The notes beneath the pieces were generated by a model that searched no databases, was not told the origin of the DNA, and saw only the letters and a list, made by a program, of their open reading frames with translations. The translations under genes were made by a program, and so were the position numbers. A DNA stretch of 64,000 nucleotides. It comes from Gammaproteobacteria bacterium (GTDB lineage Bacteria > Pseudomonadota > Gammaproteobacteria > Burkholderiales > Thiobacillaceae). Location: the NCBI GenBank assembly GCA_018831045.1, contig JAHJRA010000044.1, positions 20,731 to 84,730 of the forward strand, in the 5' to 3' direction. Positions 37,700 through 49,747 of this stretch are shown piece after piece. Numbering within the stretch: position 1 is the first letter of the stretch; each line of letters begins with the position of its first letter.

Positions 37700-39184
37700 A
37701 TGAAAACTTACGACACGCTTGCCGCCGTCGATCTCGGCTCCAACTCCTTCCGTCTTGAAGTGGTGCGGGTGGCAGGTGATCAGTTGTATCCGCTCGATTC
37801 CCTGAAGGAAACCGTGCGCCTCGCTGGTGGCCTGACCGACGATAAACAGCTCGACGAAGCCACCCAGACGCGCGCGCTGGCCTGCCTGCACCGTTTTGGA
37901 GAACGCCTGCGCGGCTTGTCGCCGGAAGCCATCCGCTGCGTCGGCACCTCTTCGTTACGGATCGCAAAGAATGCCGATGTGTTCATTCCCAAGGCCGAAA
38001 TTGCCCTGGGTCATCCCATCGAAATCGTCGCCGGACGTGAAGAAGCACGGCTGATTTATCTGGGCGTCGCGCATTCGTTGACGGCCTCTCCCGACAAGCG
38101 GCTGGTGGTCGACATTGGCGGCGGTTCCACCGAGTTCATTATTGGCCAGGGGCTCAAGCCGCTGGCGCGCGAAAGCCTGCACATGGGCTGCGTCAATTTC
38201 TCGCGGCGTTTTTTTGCCGATGGCGTGCTCGACAAAGCTGCGCTAAAAGCCGCCGAAATGGCCGCGCGCGCCGAAGTCGAGCGCATCACCCAGGAATTTG
38301 CCCACGGCAACTGGCAGCAGGCGATCGGCTCATCCGGCACCGCACGTGCGCTGCGCGAAATCCTCGAACTCAACGGCCTTTCCGAAAATGGCATCACCGC
38401 GCAGGGTCTGGCGCAGCTGCGCGGCCTGATGGTCAAGGCCGGGCATATCGACGCGCTCGACCTGGCGGGGCTGACACGCGACCGTCGCCCGGTGATTGCC
38501 GGCGGCTTTGCCATCATGATGGGTCTGTTTTCCGAGCTTGGCATCGAGCAGATGGACGTGGCCGAAACCGCAATGCGCGAAGGCATTCTGTACGACCTGC
38601 TGGGGCGCTTTCATAAACAGGACATGCGCGAAGCGACGGTCGACGAGTTCATGCGCCGCTACCACATCGACAACCAGCAGGCCGCGCGCGTCAACCGCGT
38701 GGCGCTCAAGCTGCTGAGTGCGGCAGGTGCCGAAGCGGCCAGCGAAAACGACGTGCAGTTTCTCGACTGGACTGCGCGGCTGCATGAAATTGGCCTGTCG
38801 GTGTCGCATGGCGGCTATCACCGTCATTCCGCCTACATTTTGGAAAATGCCGACATGCCAGGGTTTTCGCGCTCGGACCAGTCGCGTCTGGCGCTGCTGG
38901 CGCGCGCCCAGCGGGGCGCCCTCAACAAACTGCCGGAATTTGCCCCGGAAGCCGGCTTGCCGGACAGCGACCGTCTGCTGGTGTGGCTGTTGCGTCAGGC
39001 CGTGATTCTTTGCCGCAACCGAGCCGAACCGCGTTTACCCGACATCAAGGTGGAGGCCACCAGCAAGCGTTTCCGTCTTACCTTGCCCGAGGGCTGGCTG
39101 GAGCGCCGTCCCCTGACGCAGCGCGCGCTGGAAGACGAGTCCGTGCACTGGCACGCGGTGGGGATCAAGTTCCTGTTTGCCTGA
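37700..39184 (+). CDS. ppx: Exopolyphosphatase Ppx/GppA
   Basis: AAVDLGSNSF, GREEARLIYLG, DIGGGSTE, LHEIG and HRHSAY. Confidence 0.93.
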   Translation: MKTYDTLAAVDLGSNSFRLEVVRVAGDQLYPLDSLKETVRLAGGLTDDKQLDEATQTRALACLHRFGERLRGLSPEAIRCVGTSSLRIAKNADVFIPKAEIALGHPIEIVAGREEARLIYLGVAHSLTASPDKRLVVDIGGGSTEFIIGQGLKPLARESLHMGCVNFSRRFFADGVLDKAALKAAEMAARAEVERITQEFAHGNWQQAIGSSGTARALREILELNGLSENGITAQGLAQLRGLMVKAGHIDALDLAGLTRDRRPVIAGGFAIMMGLFSELGIEQMDVAETAMREGILYDLLGRFHKQDMREATVDEFMRRYHIDNQQAARVNRVALKLLSAAGAEAASENDVQFLDWTARLHEIGLSVSHGGYHRHSAYILENADMPGFSRSDQSRLALLARAQRGALNKLPEFAPEAGLPDSDRLLVWLLRQAVILCRNRAEPRLPDIKVEATSKRFRLTLPEGWLERRPLTQRALEDESVHWHAVGIKFLFA

Positions 39185-39193
39185 ACCAGCAGC

Positions 39194-39922
39194 TTATTTG
39201 GCGTATTTCGCCTGCATGACCTGTGCGGGAATGGCAGGCTTGATCTCGGGTTCCAGTACCTCTTCCGGTTCGCAGCGATCAAGGTGATAGAGCGCGACCA
39301 CCAGACCCACTGACGAAAGCAGCAGGAAATACGGCCCAAACAACCAGAACACCAGCGGAACCGCAAAAAGGAAGGCGCGCATGCCGATGGCAAACATGTT
39401 GCCCGCCCGTTGCAGACGCCGCGCAACGGCCTTGGGTGTGAAGTTATGGTGGGCGCCTTGTTCAGGCACGTTCACCATGAACACGACATGGTTGGCCAGG
39501 CGCACCGACATGGCGAAGGCGAAGAAGGCCACGATGAAATCCAGCAGCAGGAACATCACCTTGATGATCCACAGCTCGGTCGCAAATGATCCCTTGACGC
39601 TCAATGCATGCCAGCTTTGCGCAATGTTCTCGGCTTGGCCCGACAGGGTGAGCGTGCCGATGATGAGCAGCGCAGCGGTCGATGCCATGAGCGAGGAGCC
39701 CATGATGAAGTTGCGCATGGTCTGCACCGCCATCACGTCCTTGGACGGGGTGCGCATGATGTGCTCCACCCACAGGCTGCGCGCCAGCGCGTTGACGCCA
39801 TGGATGGTGTAGGTGGCGTTCGAGCGCACCTTCATATTGAGAAAACCGTAATACGTGGCCACGATGGCGGCGCTGACGGAGAACGCCATCAAATCGGTTT
39901 CAAAGTCGGCAAATGTAGCCAT
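39194..39922 (-). CDS. DUF599 family membrane protein
   Basis: AVQTMRN..M.SSLMAST, F...GMRAF.F..P..FW.FGP. Confidence 0.85.
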   Translation of the reverse strand: MATFADFETDLMAFSVSAAIVATYYGFLNMKVRSNATYTIHGVNALARSLWVEHIMRTPSKDVMAVQTMRNFIMGSSLMASTAALLIIGTLTLSGQAENIAQSWHALSVKGSFATELWIIKVMFLLLDFIVAFFAFAMSVRLANHVVFMVNVPEQGAHHNFTPKAVARRLQRAGNMFAIGMRAFLFAVPLVFWLFGPYFLLLSSVGLVVALYHLDRCEPEEVLEPEIKPAIPAQVMQAKYAK

Positions 39923-39925
39923 GTC

Positions 39926-40123
39926 TTATACCGCGCCCTGAATGTATCCGTGAACCGGCGCAGCTTCGGGCCCCGGGGCCGCCACTTTATGGCGTGCGGT
40001 TTCGCGAGCAGGAGGAGATCTATCTGGCGCGTCAAGCTGGCGCAGCAGGGCGTGGAATTCCCCCAGATTGCTGACGTTGGCGAAAGACAGGGCATTGAGA
40101 ATTTTGTTGGCGAGAGTGTTCAT
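39926..40123 (-). CDS. Small hypothetical protein (65 aa)
   Basis: ORF ends 3 nt before the DUF599 start and lies downstream of a sigma54-like promoter. Confidence 0.45.
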   Translation of the reverse strand: MNTLANKILNALSFANVSNLGEFHALLRQLDAPDRSPPARETARHKVAAPGPEAAPVHGYIQGAV

Positions 40124-40162
40124 GGGGCGACTCGGTCCAGGGGGTTGTGATGTCATGAACAA

Positions 40163-40178
40163 AGCACGATGCGTTCCA
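40163..40178 (-). promoter_or_regulatory. Sigma54 (-24/-12) promoter
   Basis: Minus strand TGGAAC-GCATC-GTGCT, with correct GG-N10-GC spacing. Confidence 0.6.
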
Positions 40179-40242
40179 TGTTTATATCTTGTTGTTTCTA
40201 AATGACTATCAGGATCGTTGCCTGGGAGGCGGTTATGCGTTG

Positions 40243-40352
40243 TGTTGCATTACGCAACTCACGCTGTTTGAGCTGTGTTTTTATTCATATGTATTTAAAG
40301 GAATAATGCAGTTTTAGTGACGGATTTGAAGATTTGCAACGAATGTTGCAAA
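40243..40352. promoter_or_regulatory. Candidate enhancer palindromes for the adjacent sigma54 activator
   Basis: GTTGC-attac-GCAAC (40244-40258) and TTTGCAAC-gaat-GTTGCAAA (40333-40352) flank an AT-rich tract. Confidence 0.45.
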
Positions 40353-40385
40353 ATGCATCTATATTGTTTTTGTTGCTGCAAATAA

Positions 40386-41890
40386 ATGCCCCCTGCGCCG
40401 GTTTCAAGTCAAAAATCGCCTTCGCGCCATTCCCTGCGGGGGAAAATCACGCTGGGCTATTACGCGGTGGCGGCGATCATTTTGGTGGCCTCGCTGTTTT
40501 TCGTCGGCGAGCTGCGCACGCTGGAAGCGCGCGTGGTACTGGGTCAGCGTGCCACGGATCTGTTCAACACGGTGCTCGAGATTCGCCGTTTCGAACGTAA
40601 TTATTTCCTCCATCATCAAGCTGCCGATCTGGCGGAAAACGGCCGATACATCCAGCTGGCGCAGGAAATGCTCATGGCCAACCGTGCGGATTTCGTGGCC
40701 ATTGCGCCTGAAGCACGCCTGAGCCAGTTGCACACCCGCCTCACCCGCTATCAAGGCCAGATGGCAGCCCTGACCGCCGTCGATCCGCAGCAGCTCGATG
40801 CGCTCGAACCGCAAGTGCGCCAGCTTGGACAGCGCGTCGTCGCCATCGCCGAGGCGCTGGCCGAAACCGAACGGCACCAGATCCAATCCACTCTGGTTTC
40901 TTTTCGCACGCTGCTGCTGGGCGTCATTTTGAGCATGGCGCTGTTGATCGTGGTGATCGGCCGCGTGCTGTCGCAACGGGTGGTCAAGCCGCTGAAAGAA
41001 ATGGAATCCAGCGTGGCGGCCATTTCTGCCGACCACCGCGAAACCTTGCTGGCACCGTCGAACGATCGTGAAATCCTGTCCATCATCGCGGCCTTTAACC
41101 ACATGCTGCAGGAACTGGACCTGCGGCAAAAATCGCTCATGCGATCGGAGCGGATGGTGTCGCTCGGAACCATGCTGTCCGGCGTGGCACATGAATTGAA
41201 CAACCCGTTGTCGAATATTTCGAGTTCCTGCCAGATCCTGCTGGAAGAGGAGGGCGAATGCGACGCAGCGACGCAGCGACGCTATCTGGAGCAGATTGAT
41301 CAGCAGACTGAGCGGGCACGCAGCATCGTCCATTCGCTGCTGGATTTTTCGCGCGAGCGGGCATTTCGCAAGGAAGCCGTGTTGCTGCGACCGCTGGTGG
41401 CGCAAACGGTCGGTTTTGTGCGCGGCGAGGTGTCAGCCAAATCGGTGGTGCAGTTGTCCATTGCCGAGGATCTGAGCGTGCCGGCCGATGCCCAGCGCTT
41501 GCAGCAGGTATTCGTCAATCTGATCCGCAATGCCATGGAAGGCCTGGGGCCGCAGGGACGAATGGATATTTCCGCGCAGCTTGTGCACGCCAGCGAGCCG
41601 CCTGCGGGCACCGCGCTCGGCGAGGGATGCGGCAAGCAAGGCACCATGGTGGAAATTCGTGTGACGGACAACGGGCCGGGCATCGCGCCGGATCTTTTGC
41701 CGCGCATATTCGACCCGTTTTTCACCACCAAAGATGTCGGTCATGGCATGGGGCTTGGGTTGTTTGTGGCCTATGAAATTGTCGACGAGCACGGTGGTTG
41801 CATCGCCGTGCAGAGCACACTGGGGCAGGGTGCGACGTTCTGCATCCGTCTGCCCGCAACCGACGCAAGCCATAACACGGGAGCGTTTTA

Positions 41891-41891
<1 letters not shown>
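40386..41891 (+). CDS. HAMP sensor histidine kinase (NtrB-like)
   Basis: Two TMs, SGVAHELNNPL, QVFVNLIRNA, DNGPG, FFTTK and GMGLGL. Confidence 0.92.
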
Positions 41892-43255
<1,364 letters not shown>

Positions 43256-43322
43256 CGGTCCGGCAACGGAAGACGTTCAGGTGTAGAAGTTCAGACCTGA
43301 TCAACCGGTAATCACTTGCTGC

Positions 43323-44066
43323 TCATTTTGAACTTCGGACGGCTGGGAGCAGGCGCTTGTACTCGTCTTTAACCGCCGCATAACATTCACATGCCCGCTT
43401 TTCAAGCTTGCGGCGATTCACCACCGTGATGCGACCGCGTCCGCGTTCGATCAAGCCATCTTTCTGCAACAGCCCAACGGTTTGCGTCACGCTTTCCCGG
43501 CGGACACCCAACAGCCGCCCGATCATCTGTTGCGTGATCTCTAATTCATTGCCATGCAGTCTATCGATGCTCATCAACAGCCAGCGGCACATTTGCTGAT
43601 CCAGTGTGTGGTGCTGGTTGCACACGGCCGTTTGAGAGGTCTGGCAAATCATGGCCTGCGTGAAAAGCAATGCCAGGTCTTGGAGTTGGCCGCCTAGCGC
43701 GAATTCTCGTTGCATCACTTTTCGGCTGAGTCGATAAGCCTTGCCTGGGCTTTGCACTTCCGTGCTGCTCGGCATGCTTTCGCCCCCCATGAAAATGGAA
43801 ATCCCGACCAACCCCTCGTTGCCCACCAGAGCGGTTTCGCTAAAGCCTCCGTTTTCCAGGGCATAAATGAGCGAAACAATGCCGCTGATCGGAAAGTATA
43901 GGTATTTCACATGGTCACCCGACTCGAACATCGTCCATCCCAATGGCATGTCAACGAGTTCAAGATCGGGCAATAGGCGCTCGTAATCCTGCGCGGGCAG
44001 CGCTGCCAAGAGGCAGTTTTGCTTGGGATCTGGGAGCAAGGTCTCGGCTGCTGCCTTTTTTGACAT
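43323..44066 (-). CDS. Crp/Fnr family transcriptional regulator
   Basis: VGNEG, ACNQHH..QQ.CRWLL and LGVRRESVT HTH. Confidence 0.9.
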   Translation of the reverse strand: MSKKAAAETLLPDPKQNCLLAALPAQDYERLLPDLELVDMPLGWTMFESGDHVKYLYFPISGIVSLIYALENGGFSETALVGNEGLVGISIFMGGESMPSSTEVQSPGKAYRLSRKVMQREFALGGQLQDLALLFTQAMICQTSQTAVCNQHHTLDQQMCRWLLMSIDRLHGNELEITQQMIGRLLGVRRESVTQTVGLLQKDGLIERGRGRITVVNRRKLEKRACECYAAVKDEYKRLLPAVRSSK

Positions 44067-44231
44067 ATCCGGTTTCTTCAGGTGTGGGGTTGGTTGAATG
44101 GGCGTGAGTTTTAGCTTGATGATGCGCCGCTTGCTGATTTTAGCCTGCGCCTCCTTTGGCGGACCATCGGCAGGGACGCTGCGGGTGCGCAAAATCGTCG
44201 TGTCATGCCGTACCGCTTGAAAAATGGCCGC

Positions 44232-45938
44232 TCAATGCTGTGCCGCGGCGTGCGCCTCAGCATGCTCGCTCACATGATGCACCATGCTGTTAGCCAGTTC
44301 CCGTTCCCCCACCAGCACCTCGACAGCGTGTTCGCGGCGCAGCAGCGCGGCTTCGTCCTCGCTGTGGCTGCGCACGATGACGTGGATGCGCGGGTTGAGG
44401 GTGCGCGCAATCTCGATCATCTTGCGGGCCTTGAACGTGTCGGGCGTGGCGATCACCAGCATTTGCGCGCGTGCGACATGCGCCTGGATCAACACCGCCG
44501 GCTCGAACGCATCGCCGACGACCGCGTGAATACCGCGCCAACGCAGTTTCTCGACGGCCTCGCGCTGCTGCTCGGCGACCACATAGGGCAGGCCGCGTTC
44601 GTCAAGCGCCTCGGCGATGCGCTGCCCCACCCGGCCGAATCCCACCAGCACCACGTGGCCGCTCAGGGAGTGGGACGCGACGTCGGCGGGCAGCTCGGCC
44701 AGCGGGTCGTCGCGCTGTTCCAGTTCGCGCGCGCGGCGGGAGCGTGAGCGGATCCAGGCCTGCGCCGGCTCCACCATCTGGAATACCAGCGGATTGAGCG
44801 CGATCGAAATCAGCGCGCCTGCCAGGATCAGGCTTTGTCCTGCTACCGGCAGCACGCCGAGCGTGACGCCCAGCCCGGCCAGGATGAACGAGAACTCGCC
44901 GATCTGCGCAAGGCTGGCGGACACCGTGAGCGCGGTGTTGAGCGGATAGCGGAACGCCAGCACCAGCAAAAATGCTGCCAGCGATTTGCCGAATATGATG
45001 ATGGCAACCACGGCCAGCACTTGCAGCGGCTGCTCCATCAGCACGCGCGGATCGAACAGCATGCCCACCGCGACGAAGAACAGCACCGCGAACGCATCGC
45101 GCAGCGGCAGCGACTCCTCGGCGGCGCGGTAGCTCAACGCCGATTCGCGCAGCACCATGCCGGCAAAGAATGCCCCCAGCGCGAACGACACGCCGAACAG
45201 CGCCGCCGAGCCGTAGGCGATGCCGAGTGCGGCGGCCACCACGCACAGCGTGAACAGTTCGCGCGAACCGGTCCGGGCCACCTGCCACAGCAGCCAGGGG
45301 AAAAGCCGCCGTCCCACCACCAGCATCAGCGCAATGAACAGCGCCACCTGGCCGAGCGTGATCGCCAGCGTGGCCAGCAGGTTGCCTTCGTGCGCTGTCG
45401 CCGTGCTACCGCCGAACATGCCTGCGAGCGGGGGCAGCAATACCAGCACCAGCACCATTACCAGGTCTTCGACCACCAGCCAGCCCACCGCGATGCGGCC
45501 ATTCGGCGTCGCCAGCACGCCCCGGCTTTCCAGCGCCTTCAGCAGCACCACCGTGCTCGCTACCGAGAGCGACAGGCCGAACACGATTCCGGCCATCAGG
45601 TCCCAGCCCCACCAGGTGGCCAGGCCCATGCCCATCAGGGTGGCCACCGCGATCTGCACCACCGCACCGGGCAGCGCGATCTTCTTTACCGACAGCAGAT
45701 CGTCGAGCGAAAAATGCAGTCCCACGCCGAACATCAGCAGCATCACCCCGATTTCGGCCAGCTGTCCTGCCAGCGCGGTATCGGCAACGAAACCGGGCGT
45801 GAAGGGCCCGATCAGGATGCCGGCGAGCAGATAACCCACCAGCGCGGGCAGCCTCAGGCGAACGGCGATGAAACCGAAGACCAGCGCCAGCCCCAGTGCG
45901 GCGGCAATCGTGGTGATGAGGTCGACACTGTGCGGCAT
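44232..45938 (-). CDS. ybaL: YbaL-family CPA2 cation:proton antiporter with TrkA-N domain
   Basis: LAEIGVMLLMFGVGLHFS, LSVASTVV, LRDAFAVLFFV and GFGRVG. Confidence 0.9.
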   Translation of the reverse strand: MPHSVDLITTIAAALGLALVFGFIAVRLRLPALVGYLLAGILIGPFTPGFVADTALAGQLAEIGVMLLMFGVGLHFSLDDLLSVKKIALPGAVVQIAVATLMGMGLATWWGWDLMAGIVFGLSLSVASTVVLLKALESRGVLATPNGRIAVGWLVVEDLVMVLVLVLLPPLAGMFGGSTATAHEGNLLATLAITLGQVALFIALMLVVGRRLFPWLLWQVARTGSRELFTLCVVAAALGIAYGSAALFGVSFALGAFFAGMVLRESALSYRAAEESLPLRDAFAVLFFVAVGMLFDPRVLMEQPLQVLAVVAIIIFGKSLAAFLLVLAFRYPLNTALTVSASLAQIGEFSFILAGLGVTLGVLPVAGQSLILAGALISIALNPLVFQMVEPAQAWIRSRSRRARELEQRDDPLAELPADVASHSLSGHVVLVGFGRVGQRIAEALDERGLPYVVAEQQREAVEKLRWRGIHAVVGDAFEPAVLIQAHVARAQMLVIATPDTFKARKMIEIARTLNPRIHVIVRSHSEDEAALLRREHAVEVLVGERELANSMVHHVSEHAEAHAAAQH

Positions 45939-46104
45939 AGTAAAAAATCGGCAGACGTTCCGTCACGCGAGGATGACTTCGAGTTTACAGGATGCGCCGC
46001 GCTCAATTTGGACGCTGCGCATCGGCGTGCGCCTGGTCACGGCACTGGCTGATTCGTCACGCGGGGCTAGAATAAAGGACAGATTTGTCCTGGAAATGCA
46101 TGCC

Positions 46105-49100
46105 ATGACCACCACGCTTCACCCGCAAGGGGTAGGCCGTGGTTCTAAAGACGCTGACGCGTCAAGAACCACGCTCACTATCGACGGCAACGAGGCCGTT
46201 GCCCGCATGGCCTACCTCGGCAACGAGGTGGTTGCGATCTACCCCATCACGCCCGCGTCAAGCATGGGCGAATGGGCCGACGAATGGGCATCACAGGGCC
46301 GGACCAATTTGTGGGGTGCGGTGCCGACCATCATCGAAATGCAGTCGGAAGGCGGTGCCGCCGGCGCATTGCACGGCGCGCTCACGTCAGGCGCGCTGGC
46401 GACGAGCTTTACCGCCAGCCAGGGCTTGCTGTTGATGATCCCCAACCTGTACAAGATCGCCGGCGAGTTGACGCCGTTTGTGTTGCATGTGGCAGCGCGG
46501 ACGCTGGCGACGCACGCACTGTCGATCTTTGGCGACCAGTCCGACGTCATGGCCTGCCGCGCCACCGGTTGCGCCATGCTCGCCGCAAACTCGCCGCAGG
46601 AGGCGCAGGATTTCGCGGTCATCGCGCAGGCGGCCACGCTGGCCGGGCGCATCCCGGTGATCCATTTCTTCGACGGCTTCCGCACCTCGCACGAGGTGGC
46701 GAAGATCACCGCGGTGGACGCCGATAGCGTGCGCGCCATGCTCGATGCTGATTTGATCGCGGCGCATCGCGCCCGCGCGCTGTCACCCGAGCACCCGGTG
46801 CTGCGCGGCACCTCGCAGAATCCGGACGTGTTTTTCCAGTCGCGCGAACGTGCCAATCCGTTCTACGACAGCTTTCCGCAGCTCGTGCAGGACGCGATGG
46901 ACCGCTTTGGCGAGCTCACCGGGCGCCATTACAAACTGTTCGAGTATGTCGGCGCGGCCGACGCCGAGCGCGTCATCGTGCTGATGGGGTCTGGTGCCGA
47001 GACGGTGCACGAGACGGTCGATCATCTGCTGGCCCGCGGCGAAAAAGTGGGGGTGTTGAAGGTGCGGCTGTACCGGCCATTTTCGCCAACTGCATTGCTG
47101 GACGCGCTACCGCACACCGCAACAGCCATCGCCGTGCTCGACCGTTGCAAGGAGCCGGGCGCCGACGGCGAGCCGCTCTACAAGGACGTGGTGACCGCAC
47201 TGGCGCAGGCGGCGGCGGACGGCGCGCGCAGCATGCCGCGTGTCATCGGCGGCCGCTATGGCCTGGCGAGCAAGGAATTCACGCCCGGCATGGTGAAATC
47301 GGTGTTCGATGAGCTGTCGCGTTCTGCACCCAAACGTCAGTTCACCGTCGGCATCCACGACGACCTCACCCACCTGTCGCTGCCGTGGGACGAGACGTTC
47401 CGCACCGACGCGTCGCGCCAACTGCAGCACGCCGTGTTCTGGGGGCTGGGCGCAGACGGCACGGTGTCGGCCAACAAGAACTCAATCAAGATTCTCGGCG
47501 AAGCCACCGACCTGCAGGCGCAGGGCTACTTCGTCTACGACTCGAAGAAGTCTGGTGCGGTGACGGTGTCGCACCTGCGCTTTGGTCCGGCGGCGATCCG
47601 TTCCACCTATCTGATCGAGGCGGGCATGGCCGGCTTCGTCGCCTGCCATCAGCCGGTGTTCGTCGAGCGCTATGACCTGTTGGCACATGCCGCACCCGAT
47701 GGCGTGTTTCTGCTCAATACCCCGGCGCCGCCGGATCAGGTGTGGGATACCTTGCCCGAGACCCTGCGCGCGCAGATCCGCGACAAGCGCCTGCAGCTGT
47801 GGGTGATCGACGCCTACGCCGTGGCCGCCAAGGCCGGCATGGGGCGGCGCATCAACACCATCATGCAGACCTGCTTCTTCGCCATCTCCGGCATCCTGCC
47901 GAAAGACGCGGCGATCGCCGCGATCAAGCATGCGGTCGACAAGACCTACGGCAAAAAGAGCAAGCGCCTGGTCGAGCTGAATTACCGCGCCATCGACACG
48001 ACGCTGGCGGAGTTGCATCAGCTTGTTATCCCGCCGGCTGGCGAAGCCGAAAAACCGCCTGAGCTGAGCCCCGCAGTGGGAACGGCCGCGCCCATTCCCG
48101 ACTTCGTGCGCGACCTCACCCTGCCGATCTACCAGGGCCACGGCGACCGCCTGCCGGTGTCGATGCTGCCCGCAGACGGCACCTACCCGCTCGGCACCGC
48201 GCAATACGAAAAGCGCAACATCGCGCTGGAAATCCCGGTGTGGGAAGCCGACATTTGCACCCAGTGCGGCAAGTGCGTGTTCGTCTGCCCGCACAGTGCG
48301 ATCCGCGCGCGCGCCTTCAGCGCTGACGCCGCAACCAGTGCGCCGCCGACCTTCAAGTACGTGCCGGCGAAGAGCAAGGACCTGCCCGCTGGCACCCACA
48401 TCAGCTACCAGGTGGCGCCGGAGGATTGCACCGGCTGCGGCGACTGCGTCGAAGCCTGCCCAATTCACGACAAGTCGAATGTTTCTCGCCGCGCGGTGAA
48501 CATGGCGCCGGTCGCTCCCTTGCGCGATCAGGAGCGCGACAACTTCACCTTCTTCCTGCGCCTGCCCGAGTTCGACCGCAGCCTGATCAAACACGGCACC
48601 CTTCCGGGTTCGATGCTGCTCGATCCCTTGTTCGAGTTTTCCGGTGCCTGCGCCGGCTGCGGCGAAACGCCCTACATCCGTCTTGCAACACAACTGTTCG
48701 GCGACCGCATGCTGGTCGCCAACGCCACCGGGTGTTCGTCGATCTACGGCGGCAATTTGCCGTCCACCCCCTACACGGTGAACGGCGCCGGGCGCGGTCC
48801 GGCGTGGAGCAATTCGCTGTTCGAGGACAACGCCGAATTCGGCCTGGGCATGCGGCTCGCTGCCGACCAGTTGATGGCGTATGCGAAACAGCTGGTGCGT
48901 GAACAGGCGAACGACATCGGTGGCGACCTGGCCGAGGCGCTGGTCAGCGCCGACCAGCGCGAGGAGGCCGGCATAGTCGAACAGCGCGGCCGGGTCGCGC
49001 TGCTGCTCGACAAACTGGCTACGTCGAAGCACCCGCGCACCAGGGAACTCGTCAGTGTCGCCGAATGGCTGATCCGCCGCTCGGTGTGGATCATCGGCGG

Positions 49101-49746
49101 CGACGGCTGGGCCTACGACATCGGCTACGGGGGCCTCGACCACGTGCTGGCACTGCCGTACGACGTCAACATTCTGGTGCTCGACACCGAGGTGTACTCC
49201 AACACCGGCGGGCAAACTTCAAAGGCGACGCCGATCGGCGCAGTCGCCAAGTTCTCCGCCGGCGGCAAGGCCACCGCGAAGAAAGACCTCGCCAAGCTCG
49301 CCAGCGACTACAGCCACGTGTATGTGGCGACGGTGGCTTACGGCGCCAAGGATACCCAGACCCTGCGCGTGTTCCACGAAGCCGAGGCCTACGACGGCCC
49401 CTCGCTGATCGTCGCCTACAGCCCCTGCATTGCCCACGGCTACGACCTGCTCTACAACCAGCGCCAGCAGGAGATGGCGGTGAAGAGCGGGCACTGGCCG
49501 CTGATCCGCTTCGACCCGCGTCTGGCGGAGGCGGGCGGCAACCCCTTCAAGCTCGATTCCGCCGCGCCGAGCCAGCCGATCGAGGCCTTCATGGAGTCGG
49601 AAACCCGCTTCGCCATGCTGCAGCGCAGCCACCCCGAAGCCGCGCAACATTTTCTGGACCAGGCGCAGCAGGACGCCGAGCGGCGCTTCAGGATGTATCA
49701 GGACATGGCACAGGGCCATGCCGACGAATCGAAACCCGGAGCCTGA
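46105..49746 (+). CDS. nifJ: Pyruvate:ferredoxin (flavodoxin) oxidoreductase, single-chain NifJ type
   Basis: YPITP, MQSEGGAAG, CTQCGKC...CP, CTGCGDC...CP, CAGCGETPY, GGDGWAYDIG and DTEVYSNTGGQ. Start is 46096 or 46105. Confidence 0.96.
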   Translation: MTTTLHPQGVGRGSKDADASRTTLTIDGNEAVARMAYLGNEVVAIYPITPASSMGEWADEWASQGRTNLWGAVPTIIEMQSEGGAAGALHGALTSGALATSFTASQGLLLMIPNLYKIAGELTPFVLHVAARTLATHALSIFGDQSDVMACRATGCAMLAANSPQEAQDFAVIAQAATLAGRIPVIHFFDGFRTSHEVAKITAVDADSVRAMLDADLIAAHRARALSPEHPVLRGTSQNPDVFFQSRERANPFYDSFPQLVQDAMDRFGELTGRHYKLFEYVGAADAERVIVLMGSGAETVHETVDHLLARGEKVGVLKVRLYRPFSPTALLDALPHTATAIAVLDRCKEPGADGEPLYKDVVTALAQAAADGARSMPRVIGGRYGLASKEFTPGMVKSVFDELSRSAPKRQFTVGIHDDLTHLSLPWDETFRTDASRQLQHAVFWGLGADGTVSANKNSIKILGEATDLQAQGYFVYDSKKSGAVTVSHLRFGPAAIRSTYLIEAGMAGFVACHQPVFVERYDLLAHAAPDGVFLLNTPAPPDQVWDTLPETLRAQIRDKRLQLWVIDAYAVAAKAGMGRRINTIMQTCFFAISGILPKDAAIAAIKHAVDKTYGKKSKRLVELNYRAIDTTLAELHQLVIPPAGEAEKPPELSPAVGTAAPIPDFVRDLTLPIYQGHGDRLPVSMLPADGTYPLGTAQYEKRNIALEIPVWEADICTQCGKCVFVCPHSAIRARAFSADAATSAPPTFKYVPAKSKDLPAGTHISYQVAPEDCTGCGDCVEACPIHDKSNVSRRAVNMAPVAPLRDQERDNFTFFLRLPEFDRSLIKHGTLPGSMLLDPLFEFSGACAGCGETPYIRLATQLFGDRMLVANATGCSSIYGGNLPSTPYTVNGAGRGPAWSNSLFEDNAEFGLGMRLAADQLMAYAKQLVREQANDIGGDLAEALVSADQREEAGIVEQRGRVALLLDKLATSKHPRTRELVSVAEWLIRRSVWIIGGDGWAYDIGYGGLDHVLALPYDVNILVLDTEVYSNTGGQTSKATPIGAVAKFSAGGKATAKKDLAKLASDYSHVYVATVAYGAKDTQTLRVFHEAEAYDGPSLIVAYSPCIAHGYDLLYNQRQQEMAVKSGHWPLIRFDPRLAEAGGNPFKLDSAAPSQPIEAFMESETRFAMLQRSHPEAAQHFLDQAQQDAERRFRMYQDMAQGHADESKPGA

Positions 49747-49747
49747 C

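Noticed and set aside
45868-46104. 79-aa N-terminal extension of PFOR in the ORF track
   Set aside because: It overlaps the divergent ybaL start and promoter region, and homology begins near TIDGNEAVA.
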